The notes beneath the pieces are model-generated. The model was not told where the DNA came from and did no database searches. It saw nothing but the letters and a program-made list of their open reading frames with translations. A stretch of 64,000 nt of DNA. It comes from Naegleria gruberi. Taxonomy: Eukaryota. Within the stretch, counting starts at the first letter, position 1, and the number at the start of each line of letters is the position of its first letter. A program made the translations under genes and the position numbers. The stretch is taken from assembly GCA_000004985.1 (NCBI GenBank), contig GG738931.1. One strand, written 5' to 3'. Of the stretch, positions 1-10,600 are shown piece by piece.

Positions 1-1
1 C

Positions 2-259
2 GATCATGAATTCAGATTTGAGAGTATTGATGAAAGCAAATCCAAGACAATTGTTAAATGTCCTTTGAAGAGAACTCCAGGTTCGTTCCTTAAAGGTTAT
101 GCTGTTCAAGTGGATGTGCATGTTCATGAAGTGAGAGATGGATTCAATGATTTTGTTTGGGTTACTCATGTTTTTTCGTGTAATAGCACTGCTATTGAAC
201 AACAAGCACCTTTGGGTGATTCAGGCTTTTTACAACTTGTTCTTGTGAAAAATAAATAG
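2..259 (+). CDS. 3' terminal fragment of an unidentified protein-coding gene (ORF open to window start, ends TAG at 257-259)
   Basis: Open reading frame in frame from position 2 with typical codon usage; convergent with the next gene, whose stop is 15 bp away. No recognisable domain. Confidence 0.3.
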   Translation, partial: DHEFRFESIDESKSKTIVKCPLKRTPGSFLKGYAVQVDVHVHEVRDGFNDFVWVTHVFSCNSTAIEQQAPLGDSGFLQLVLVKNK

Positions 260-274
260 TGAGATAGATTTTAT

Positions 275-2620
275 TTACATCTTTGCCAATTCATCCAACA
301 AGTCCTTAACCAAAACAACCTTTTCAGTGGCATTGGTTTCAGTTTGCAAAGCAATCTTGAAAGCATAGAGTTGATATTCAGAGTCAGCATCGAACAACAT
401 ATAGACATGTCTGTTGTCAGACTTTCCATCCTCAAGTTCAATTTCCTTCTTTCCTTCCTTCTTAGCCTTTTCCATAAACTTTTGGAATTCATCATAAACA
501 TATGAGTATGTGTATCCATTTGATGACTTGAGTTGTAATTGACGATTTTCACGATCCAAATAAACAGCTAAATGGCTTCTTTCCAAAGTATCAACATTAT
601 CACAAGTAACAAATCTCAATTTGGTGGCATCAAACTTGTTATAACTGGCATAATAGTCGTGAGTGTATAAATCTAATGGTTTGTTGGAATGTTCTACGAG
701 AATATCCTTCTTCTTTCCAGTAGAGTCAGTAATTGTAACTCTAATAACCAATGGTTGTGGAAGAGATTGATGAGCACGAGCTCTAGAATTGAAATCTCTA
801 CCTGGTTGGCCAGTAACAACAATAGCACCACTGAAAACTAAGTTATCAGCTTGACCTGGTTCAAAGTTAGCAACTTGACCTTCAAAGAATTGGTATTGAG
901 CACCATTCCATCCGTTATATTTAACACCCAATTTGATATTTTGCATTTCAACCCATTCATCGGCTTGATTCTTGTGAGCCATTTCAATCTTGACAAAGGA
1001 CAAATTAGCATCTGACTTGTTAACAACAGTCAATGGAACATTGAAGAAATTGTTGAACTTTCCATCAGTTGCATAAGAGCTTTGAGAAGCTTCAATAAGT
1101 GAATTCAATGCAGCTTGTTCATCAGTGGCAACAAGCAAATTGAATTGAGAATCACCATGATCTTCATACTTCTTACAGTTAGGTCTTGGAACAATGGCCA
1201 AATCTTCACCCTTTTGTGGATTGGTTGTTTGCTTTTCAGTGAGATCCTTATAATATTCGAGTGGCTTTCCAGCAACTTGTGCAATTGGTTCAGTGCTTGG
1301 ATTACCCAAAATCTTCCATGTACCAATAGAAAGAAAACCATCACCATCCTTTCTAATTCTCCAATATGGAGCAGAAATGCTTGGAACAACAAAGGTTGTT
1401 AATCCATCAGTCAATCCATTCAATTGCAAAACATTCTTCCAGTTAATTTCATCTTGAGAGTAGGCCAAATAAGAACCAGCCAAATAAGTTGAACCCCAAC
1501 CAGATACCAACAATGGCTTGACAACAATACCAGTAACGGTATGTGGATGTTCAAATGTAGCTTGAACAAAAGGTCTAGAATTAGAATTAGTAGCAGCACC
1601 ACTATTACCACTTTCATCTTGGAGTGATTCATAACTTTGTCCAATAGAATCAGAAGCGTATTGTGAACTCATTCTAACCTTGTATGACAAGGTAACAGAA
1701 TCTTCAGAAACAGTGGTTGGAACAGGTGACAAGGTTGGAATATCTTCCAATGAAGCCAATTCAACAGCTGGACCATTTCTGGAAACCTTAACATCATCCC
1801 ACTTCAATGGAACCATAAACATGGTTGGCTTTTCACTGTTTGAAAGTTTGATAGAGGCCAAAACATGCAAAGTATTCTTTTGAGCATTCTTGGTCAATAC
1901 GAATGAAGTTGACATTAACCATTCAACACCTGAGAAAGTCTTGGTGGAAGTAACCTTAACATCATAATTAGCAGCAAAATCATCAGCAGAGTTTTGAGAT
2001 CCCAAATCCAATGTAGCATATTCTCCAAAGTTATCATAGATATCCTTCTTTAAGGTTTCAGCAACATTAGTTAATTGATCTGGTGTGAAAAAGTATAACT
2101 TGGAAACAGTAACACCATTCATTAATCTAACATAGAGTTTACCATGTTGATGCAAACCAACAGTGATAGTCTTCTTATACTTGTCACCTTCATCAACGAG
2201 TTCCATAACGTGCAATGGTTCACTAGTATCCATCAATGGAAGTTGCTTTCTATTCAAAAGCTTTGGACTCATCAAGACAATAATATCATCCAAACGTTGA
2301 TCCAAAGTATTAGATTGCAATACTTGACTCAAAAAGGCTGAATCATCAGTTGATTCAATTTCAAATTCTTGATCATTGTAAATAAAGGAAACAACAGAAT
2401 CAAGTGTACTGACACTCTTTCCCAAATGCTTGGCCAATTGAACTTGAAGATCGGAACGGAAATTCTTCCATGTCAATTCATGAGGAGCATATTTCAAGTT
2501 AGTATAAACAAACTTTAATTGCACTTCTTCTTGTGGATCTTGATTTCTAGAAGGTGGATTAGAAAGTGATTTGTAATAAACTCTAATCTTGGTCACTGGA
2601 GCTTGTCTTGAGGTTGTCAT
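275..2620 (-). CDS. hypothetical 781-aa protein, single exon; N-terminal ubiquitin-like/PB1-like segment possible
   Basis: Long uninterrupted ORF with ATG at 2620-2618. The N-terminus (KIRVYYK...FIYNDQEFEIESTDD) resembles a PB1/beta-grasp acidic motif. The rest has no motif I can name. Confidence 0.55.
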   Translation of the reverse strand: MTTSRQAPVTKIRVYYKSLSNPPSRNQDPQEEVQLKFVYTNLKYAPHELTWKNFRSDLQVQLAKHLGKSVSTLDSVVSFIYNDQEFEIESTDDSAFLSQVLQSNTLDQRLDDIIVLMSPKLLNRKQLPLMDTSEPLHVMELVDEGDKYKKTITVGLHQHGKLYVRLMNGVTVSKLYFFTPDQLTNVAETLKKDIYDNFGEYATLDLGSQNSADDFAANYDVKVTSTKTFSGVEWLMSTSFVLTKNAQKNTLHVLASIKLSNSEKPTMFMVPLKWDDVKVSRNGPAVELASLEDIPTLSPVPTTVSEDSVTLSYKVRMSSQYASDSIGQSYESLQDESGNSGAATNSNSRPFVQATFEHPHTVTGIVVKPLLVSGWGSTYLAGSYLAYSQDEINWKNVLQLNGLTDGLTTFVVPSISAPYWRIRKDGDGFLSIGTWKILGNPSTEPIAQVAGKPLEYYKDLTEKQTTNPQKGEDLAIVPRPNCKKYEDHGDSQFNLLVATDEQAALNSLIEASQSSYATDGKFNNFFNVPLTVVNKSDANLSFVKIEMAHKNQADEWVEMQNIKLGVKYNGWNGAQYQFFEGQVANFEPGQADNLVFSGAIVVTGQPGRDFNSRARAHQSLPQPLVIRVTITDSTGKKKDILVEHSNKPLDLYTHDYYASYNKFDATKLRFVTCDNVDTLERSHLAVYLDRENRQLQLKSSNGYTYSYVYDEFQKFMEKAKKEGKKEIELEDGKSDNRHVYMLFDADSEYQLYAFKIALQTETNATEKVVLVKDLLDELAKM

Positions 2621-3172
2621 CTTTTTTCGGGAGTGTGAGGAGGAAATTAGTGTGTAGTTTTTGTTTTGATCAAAAAAAGTTTATGCACGAGCAAGGCTTT
2701 CTAAACTTTTGTGATTTTTTTTTTAAGTTGTAAAAATTCAAATCGTTGGCGCAAATCTTTTTAAATCAGCGCCGTAATCAAGAGCTTAAAAAACAAGTTT
2801 GTTGTGCAGAAGAAAATTCGAGTTGAAAAATTTCTTGAATGTGAAAGAGATCAATTTTGAAAGTCTTTCCGAGGTAATTGATTGAATGTGGTGGAACGAG
2901 AATGAGATGACGGATTACAATGAGTGATGGCAATGTTCAGTGGAAGTTCGAAGCTGGTTGTTCGAATTTCTGCTCGGAATGGAAATTTTGATTGGAAGTT
3001 GTTTCGATTTGATTGCTTTGAATATTTGAAGCTGGTGGTTTGAATATTGAGGTGTTATTGTATTATTTGTGAATGTTCTTTATTTAACAGTTTACAATTA
3101 ACAAACCGTAGTCTTTGATTTATTGTAAAGTATTTCAAAAAACTAACTGATTTTTGAGATCTTTGAAAAAAA

Positions 3173-4158
3173 ATGTTTTCTGAACTTTCAGCAGTTGGCA
3201 AAATCATTCAGCAAGATCTTGTTGATGTTCAACAACATCATCACAAGCATAAACTTCTATTAGAAACCTTACGAAAACCAATTCATGACACAAAGAGTGA
3301 ACAAGGAAAATTGCAATTCAACAGTTTACTGAGTGAGAAGAATTTATATTTGAAATTTATGGAACGATCCGAGAGAATTGATGAAATTAAAATCATCATC
3401 GGAACATCGGAACATGATGAAAAAAGTAAAATTAATCATCATCACATTCATCATCATCATCATGATGAGGAAAATAATGATCATCACTTCTTCCGAATGG
3501 CAAATATTGAAAAAGTTTCAGTTTTGGAGGATAAAATTCCAAAAACAAGTGATTATGAACCGTTATCTTGGGCTTGTTTTGGGAAATGCAAAAAATCAAG
3601 AATTGACTTTTTGAGTAGGATTACAAATCAAGAGGTTTTTCAAGCTATGAGATTGGAACAGGAATTTATGGGTGAAAATGTGTTTATTGGATTTTCGTAA
3701 GTAGATATTTGAGAAAATTGAGGAAATTAATTGAAAATGAAAGTGATTTTGGAGTTGATGATTCACAAGAGTTGGAACAGAGCAAGAATTTGTTGCATAT
3801 TTGTTACAAGTCACATGTTCATCATGGCTTTTTATTGGTTATTGATACAGTGGACGTTTCAGAAAATTATTTATTGAATGAATTACCTTTGTGGGTGAAG
3901 GATTTAAGAAGTGTCATATCAGATTCCGTTCCAATCGTTCTGATTGGCAATAATGCTGATAAGAGAGACGCCTTATTATCAACTCAACATAAATTGGAAG
4001 ATAGACTTCCTTTGAGTACAGAACAGGGAGAGAAACTAGCTGAAAAGTTGGGCTGTTTCACATATATAGAAATGGAAAAGGAATTGTCAATGGATAGTTT
4101 GAGACAATTACTTGTAAAAATTCATATCATTCATCAAGATTTGACAGTTCACAAATAA
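3173..4158 (+). CDS. divergent Ras-like small GTPase-fold protein with degenerate nucleotide-binding motifs (likely pseudo-GTPase) and a poly-His insert; 2 exons 3173..3696, 3744..4158 (312 aa)
   Basis: ATG at 3173. GTAAGT donor at 3697 and TGAAAG acceptor at 3743 (47-nt intron) restore the frame. The C-terminal half aligns with the Ras family G4-G5 region, but NKxD is NNAD and ETSAK is IEMEKE. There is no intact P-loop. The insert is HHHIHHHHHDEENNDHH. Confidence 0.5.
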
Positions 4159-4201
4159 ATAACTAGTTCAATAATTAATTATTCAAAAAAGAATTGCTTT
4201 A

Positions 4202-5944
4202 TTAAACAGTATCCATTCCTTCTTCGACTGGAGATTTTGGAGTTTTAACACTTGATGCTCTTCTTTTAGTGGCTACATTCAAATCAACAGCTCGATCTAA
4301 TTGAGCATTAGAACCAGCTTCTGCACCAACTTCAATGGTTCTTTCCTTTGTGGCCTCATCAATCTTTGACATTTGAGGTCTATGAATGGTGCTTGGTTTT
4401 CTTTGTCTAGCTTGTTTGGCTCTATTCAAATTCAAGTGAACAACAACCTTATTTTCTTCTGTTGTGACAGGATCTGAGGAGGAGGTATTTTCTGATTGAG
4501 CAGTAGTGGTGGTATCTGTTACAATAATTGGAGGAGTTGCTACAGAGAGAGGAGTGGTATTTTTGGAGTTGTCAATTGGTGTTTTTGGAGAGCTGAGAAT
4601 AATGGTTGGTGTTGAAGTGACATTTTGTGCTTGTGGAGTAGTGACACTATCTGCTTGAACTCTTGGTGGAATAATGAGTGGAGTAGAAGAGGACCCTCCC
4701 ATATCATCACTCTTTCTCTTAGCAATTGGTGTATTTGGTGTATGTTCAGGAAGTTTGTACGAAGCAGGTGGTGTGAAAGTTCCTGAAGAAACTGGCTTTG
4801 TAAATACAGATCTTGATCTCAAATGAGCTTTTGATGAAGATTCTTCACTATTATCAACTGGAAGCTTTTTTGATGAAGTAACAAATAATCCAGGTTGATT
4901 CTTTCCAATATCATCAACATTCTTGTCTTCCTCTGCAACTGGCGAAACCATAGACGAAACTTTTTTGTGTGGCATTCCTCCAGGTGGTTTCAATCCCATA
5001 ATTGGTGGACCACCAGAATTTTCAGTAGATGCCAATACAGTAACATCATTACACCAGCCACCTTTGATTTTACTTGTTCTACAGTTTGGTGAGAATGAAA
5101 TTTCCAAATTTGGATACTTCTTTTTGAGTGTTTGAGTAAATGAAATATATTCCCTCACTAGTAATGTAAGAGATTTGATTTTTGGATTATTAAACTTGAT
5201 CTGGATATGATACGGAGTGCTGAGAATGTTAAATTCAGTAATTTCTGTAAATTTCAACTCGTGAGTCGAGTATTGAATAGTTTGTTTTTGTAAAGATATT
5301 TTACAATCGAAATCTAATCATTCCAAATCATTTTTGTATAAATATTGTATAATATTGTATAAATTCTTTACAAAGAATTACTTACAATCTTGACTTTCTA
5401 CAATCAACACATTAAAATCAACAATTGATTTGCCCAACATTTGAGAAACTATTCCTTTTGGTGTAGAAGAACCAGTTCCTGCACTGTTTTGTTTCTCCTC
5501 GGTTGGTGTTGCAGATTCGTCAAGTTTCGGCATCTTTCCTTCCAAATATTTCTTATTCTTTTCATCTAGAGAAACCTTTTCCAATGGTTTAGATTGATGA
5601 ATTAAATACAACTCCTTAATTAAATTATAAACCGAGGAAGCATATTCCATACTTTTACATTTCAAATCATGTTCAGTTTTAGAATCGTCTAATTTAATCG
5701 AAACTTTCTTCTTTACACAATTTAAACTTTGAATTTGTTTGTATTCTAAAGCAACTTTAGGTTTCTTACAAAGAATCCTATCTTTACAAATGTAAAGTGT
5801 TCCTTTAGAAAGAATTGATCCTTTAACATCATATTCGGCAATGATGATATCATCTACGGAGAATGACTTTCGAATAACAGAGTCGAAAGCATCGGGTTCT
5901 AAATGGTCGGCAGCAGAAACGTTCGATTGACGAAACTTTCTCAT
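4202..5944 (-). CDS. hypothetical protein, 2 exons (5944..5386, 5313..4202; 556 aa): N-terminal PH/GRAM-like region plus S/T/P-rich disordered tail
   Basis: The two ORF-track entries (5378..5944 and 4202..5257) join through a 72-nt GTAAGT...GATTAG intron (5314..5385) with matching phase. The downstream ORF has no ATG (TTG), and the upstream ORF ends exactly at a GTAAGT donor. Confidence 0.5.
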
Positions 5945-6259
5945 TTCTTCTTTGATTTTTTTTTAATAATTGATGACATGCGAATTTAATTACAGTTGCA
6001 AAGATATTCAAGAGCTGTCAACCATCATCTATTGACAAGCGAATCATAACAAGTAGGATCTAACTTTCAGCTTTAGTATTTCATTATCCACAACCACAAA
6101 TAACATGTTCCAAATAATAATAAAAATCATAATTTTGCAAATAATTTCAAAAACTTGATCGTTGCTTTTCCCGCTCAAAAAAACAATTAAAAATTAAAAT
6201 CAAAATTTTTTATATAAAAAAAATACAGAAAATGGTGTAGAGGCTTTTTTTCTCTGCAA

Positions 6260-7537
6260 TTATTGGTCGGAGGCTGTGCTTGTTGGTTGAACATTGGCAG
6301 CAGCTTGTTGACCAGAGTTTGGATAGGACCCTTGTTGTGGATAGTAGTTATATGGATAGGTTGAGGCGCCACCTTGAGGATAACCTTGTTGTGAAGGATA
6401 GCCATAACCTTGTTGTTGTGGGTATCCGTATCCTTGTTGTGAAGGATAACCTTGTTGTGGGTATTGTTGTTGTTGAGGATAGCTACCACCTTGGGAAGGA
6501 TATTGCTGACCATAGTTATATGGATAGGTAGAACCTTGTTGTGGATATTGTTGTTGTTGGTTATAGTATGGATAAGAACCTCCTTGTTGAGTTGGATATT
6601 GTTGTTGTTGTGCAGGATAGGTAGAACCTTGAGGATAACCTTGTTGAGTTGGATATTGTTGTTGTTGGGTTGGATACTGTTGTTGTGCAGGATAGTTTGA
6701 ACCTTGTGGGTATCCTTGTTGCTGAGTGGCTGGATATTGAGTTGGATATTGTTGTTGTGAAGGGTAACTTGAACTTGGATAGTATTGTTGTTGTGGATAT
6801 TGTTGTTGATTTGGATACTGTTGTTGTTGTTGACCATATTGAGGAGCAGACAAGAATTGTTGTTGACTTGGTTGACCTGGTTGACCTGGTTGTTGACCTT
6901 GTTGTGGCTGTTGACCTGGTTGACCTGGTTGTCCTCCTTGTTGTTGTTGGCCATTGTTATTATTGTTATTTGATTCTTGGTAATTTCCTCTAAAGCTAGC
7001 AAGGGCTGCTTCAATTTGTGAGGATGTGGATTGATACTTCTTCCAATCCTTAGCTTGCAAATCAGTGATAAGTTCAGTGGAAAGTGGAACAAGTTTCTCC
7101 TTAACAATCTTGAAATCTTCTGGTTGACCTTCAAAACCACCCTTTTCTTCATTTTGCAATTGCATAATATTGGATTGAATGGTTCTGGAGGCGCTGTCAA
7201 TCAAACTACAATCTTTGAATCCATTATCACCCCAACAAAAGCTTCCAAAACTATTAACCATATTCAATTGCATTTTAATGTTACTGACTGCACTGGATAC
7301 TCTTGATTTTGGAGTATTTTGTTGTTGTTGTTGTTGTTGGCCTTGACCTTGACCTTGACCTTGTTGTGGTTGTTGCCCTGGCATTTGTTGTTGAGGATAG
7401 CCAGCTCCTGGATATTGACCAGGTTGCTGTTGTTGGAGTGGATTTGTTTGGAATGGTCTTCCATTTACGACTTGGTATTGTGCCACTACTAGTAATGAAA
7501 TATTTAGTAGCAAAACTGTTAGAACTATTAGTTTCAT
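6260..7537 (-). CDS. secreted Q/P/Y/G-rich low-complexity protein (signal peptide plus repeats of YPxQQQ and GQPGQPGQQ) with a central globular segment
   Basis: ATG at 7537. The N-terminus [20 protein letters not shown] is a signal peptide. About 70% of residues are Q/P/Y/G. The overlapping N-rich and L-rich ORFs in other frames are artifacts of the codon repeats. Confidence 0.6.
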   Translation of the reverse strand: MKLIVLTVLLLNISLLVVAQYQVVNGRPFQTNPLQQQQPGQYPGAGYPQQQMPGQQPQQGQGQGQGQQQQQQQNTPKSRVSSAVSNIKMQLNMVNSFGSFCWGDNGFKDCSLIDSASRTIQSNIMQLQNEEKGGFEGQPEDFKIVKEKLVPLSTELITDLQAKDWKKYQSTSSQIEAALASFRGNYQESNNNNNNGQQQQGGQPGQPGQQPQQGQQPGQPGQPSQQQFLSAPQYGQQQQQYPNQQQYPQQQYYPSSSYPSQQQYPTQYPATQQQGYPQGSNYPAQQQYPTQQQQYPTQQGYPQGSTYPAQQQQYPTQQGGSYPYYNQQQQYPQQGSTYPYNYGQQYPSQGGSYPQQQQYPQQGYPSQQGYGYPQQQGYGYPSQQGYPQGGASTYPYNYYPQQGSYPNSGQQAAANVQPTSTASDQ

Positions 7538-7665
7538 TTTCTTTTTGATGATTCAATAGGATGATCAGGAGAATCCACTATTAAGATCGCAACTTTCTTT
7601 AACCACTTTTGGAAAGACAATTGATAAAAAACTTTTTTATTTTTGATATATTGTACATTTGGAGA

Positions 7666-10600
7666 CTAATGGCATGTCTTGCTATTTACTAAAAAAGTTG
7701 CTTGTTTTGCTAGATAGCTTTGGTCAAGGTTCTTGAAAGGAATTAGTGCTTTACATTCACTATCTTCTAATTTGGAAAGAGCCTGAATAACCTTATGTAC
7801 ATGGGAATTTGTGAGTCTGTCACCACTTCCTGGGAATTCATAATCTGATTTGAAGAGAGTTGCCAATCTCAATAACATTTCATTTTCCTCTTTCGTATTT
7901 CTCTCGTTCAGTATTTGCTTCCATTTCTGATAAGTTACATTTTGCATTGGCTCCTTTTTCAATAATTTAGCTTCTGTTGTTGCTGCTATGGAGAGTAAAT
8001 CGTCAATGTGAATGACGAATTTATCTAGATTTGCCAACTCGAATATGAAATAGTTTGGATTTTCGTGAAGATCTGTTACGAATGCATTCTCATTCTGTGT
8101 CAACTGTACAATGACTCTTGAAATAATATCTACTGGGACAATGTTTAGAGTTCTGTTCGTCTTTGGGAAGCAATTCATTTCAAAACATCCCATGACTAAT
8201 CTATTGACCCAATCTATTAAATTAGAAACTCCATTGACAGTATCACTTCCAATCATACCAGGTCTGAAAATGGCTCCTGGATATCCCAATAATCTTGCTT
8301 GTTGAATATATTGTTCGGCAACAAACTTGGTGCTACTGTATCCATTAGCTCTTTCAATAATTGGTTTGAGTTGCCTCATGACTTGATCCATGTGATTGTT
8401 AATTAAATCCGTAATATCTTTCTTATTGCTAATTCCAGATGTACTGGTTGGTATTCCAAAGAGTGATAATCCAGATTGCAATACTCCAACTGTAGAGACG
8501 AAAACTATTGGGGCTAAAGTGGAATCTCCACTTTGAATATTCAATTTAGATGATAAGCAAGCCAATTTCAATAATGAAAGAGTAGATCCAGTATTTGAGG
8601 AAAATAATTGAGGATATGACATGACAGAGTTGACATACGCTCCGTTGTGATAAATAATATCAATATTTTCTGCCAGTTTCTTGAATTCTTCCTCAGTGAG
8701 TCCTAAATTATCATCTCCTAAATTACCCTTGACAACTGAAATTCTCTTTTCATACTTGTCATTCCAAAGTTTGAATTCCACAAGGTTTTCTTTCACTCTC
8801 ATGAAAACGTCATCTTGATGATTCTTTTCTCTGACTATACAATAGACTTTGACATTTTCTTCAGCTTTCTCTAATGCTTCCAATAAATCTCTCAATATAA
8901 ATGCTCCTAGGAATCCTGTTGAACCTGTCAATAGAATACCCTTCTTCAAATCGGCTATCTTTTTAAATTGCGTATTTCCTCTTGATGTGAGGTCTATAAT
9001 GTCATTCAACACATCTTCAGGAAGGAGAATATCCTTCTTCCAATCATGGGATGAATTGACTGTGGCAACATCATCATGTTGGTTTTTGGTGACAAAATCT
9101 GAAACTCTACTCACTACGCTATCCACATTTCTGTCAGTTTGAGAAAATATCAGCGAGAGTGGAACATCAATGTTATACTTTTGCTTCATAATACCAGAAA
9201 ATTTAACAGCGTGAAGACTGTCAATAATTTTCATATTTCCATCAGATTCAGCTGAACCTGTTTGAGAATTTAACAATAATTCACGAATCAAATCTTCATC
9301 CAATTTCCTCTTGTTAATAGACTCTAGGTGCTCATAAAGAGCTTCCAACTCTTCCTTATACTTCATTTCGCATCCAAATCTCTTAACTTTCATTGAAGAG
9401 GTAAGGAGATCGTTCTTCTCACTAAATGACTCAAATTCAATAATAAAGTCCTTTGGCACTTCGTATGGAAGAAGAGAGCAGTTCACAGATACTTTCTCAA
9501 TTTCCTCACACAAAACCTTTTTAACCTTTTCATTGGTTTTCAGCAAGTCCTTCTCTGAATCACTCAAGAGCTCTTCACTTGATGAGTTGATGAGCCCTTC
9601 CTTGATTGCAAATTGTTTCAAAACCGTTTGATTAGGTACAATTACACCTACAAGGTAGCTTTTCGACACATTTCCATAAATGAAAGCTTGGAAGATGAAT
9701 TTTGAGGTAGTCAGAGCATCTTCAATCTTTGCAGGTGCAATAAATTCTCCTTGACTCAATTTGAAAATATTCTTGAGTCTGTCAATAATTCTAATGTGTC
9801 TTGGACCTAGCTCCTCAACAATATCATTAGTATGCAACCATCCTTCCTCATCCAAAGCGTTTTTCGTAAGTTCTTCATTCTTGTAATATCCAATGAACAT
9901 GGTTTTTGTTTTAACACAAAGTTCTCCTCTTGGATAAGGTTTGTCATTTGTGAAATAGTTCATGTCAGGTACGTCAACCAACTTGTACTCAACAGAGCTA
10001 TGAAGTCTGTTATCATTCATGATACCTCCTGCTTCTGACATTCCAAAACCATCTGAAACGAAGCAATTAAAACATTTTCCAAGAAATTCTCTAACTTGTG
10101 GGCTTGAAGAGGCTCCTCCAATAATTATTGATTGTAAGCGACCACCCAACATGTTTCTAAAATCTTTCATTACTCTTTCTTCAAGTTCTCTCTCCGTTTT
10201 AGGTCTATCCTCATTTTGATTCGAAATACCTGAAAGCCAACTTGTCTTTTCCAATTCGTACACTTTTTTATACTCATCATAGAGTACATTATAAAGTCTT
10301 GGTGTTGAGGCAATGACAGTAGGTTTGACCTTTTGAATATCCTCAAAGATGTGAACAAAATCTCTGGTAAATATTCCCACTCTAGCACCATCACACATGG
10401 CCAAAAGGGTGTGTTTTCTGTCACTCATGTGAGCAAGAGGACAGAATGAAAATTGTACTTTTGGATTTTCAGCTCTGAAACCATGCATTTCTCTTCTCAG
10501 AGATTTGTCACTAACCATTATGCCCTTCGGCTGACCTGTCGATCCACTCGTGAAAACTAACGATAGAAGATCCTCATCTTTTTCTAGTCTATTCAAAATA

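Noticed and set aside
6187-7200. N-rich 337-aa ORF and L/V-rich ORFs (6452-6993, 6649-6993, 7303-7548) overlapping the Q/P/Y-rich gene
   Set aside because: These are alternative-frame read-throughs of the CAA/CCA/TAT codon repeats. Only the frame with the ATG, signal peptide and non-repetitive core is credible.
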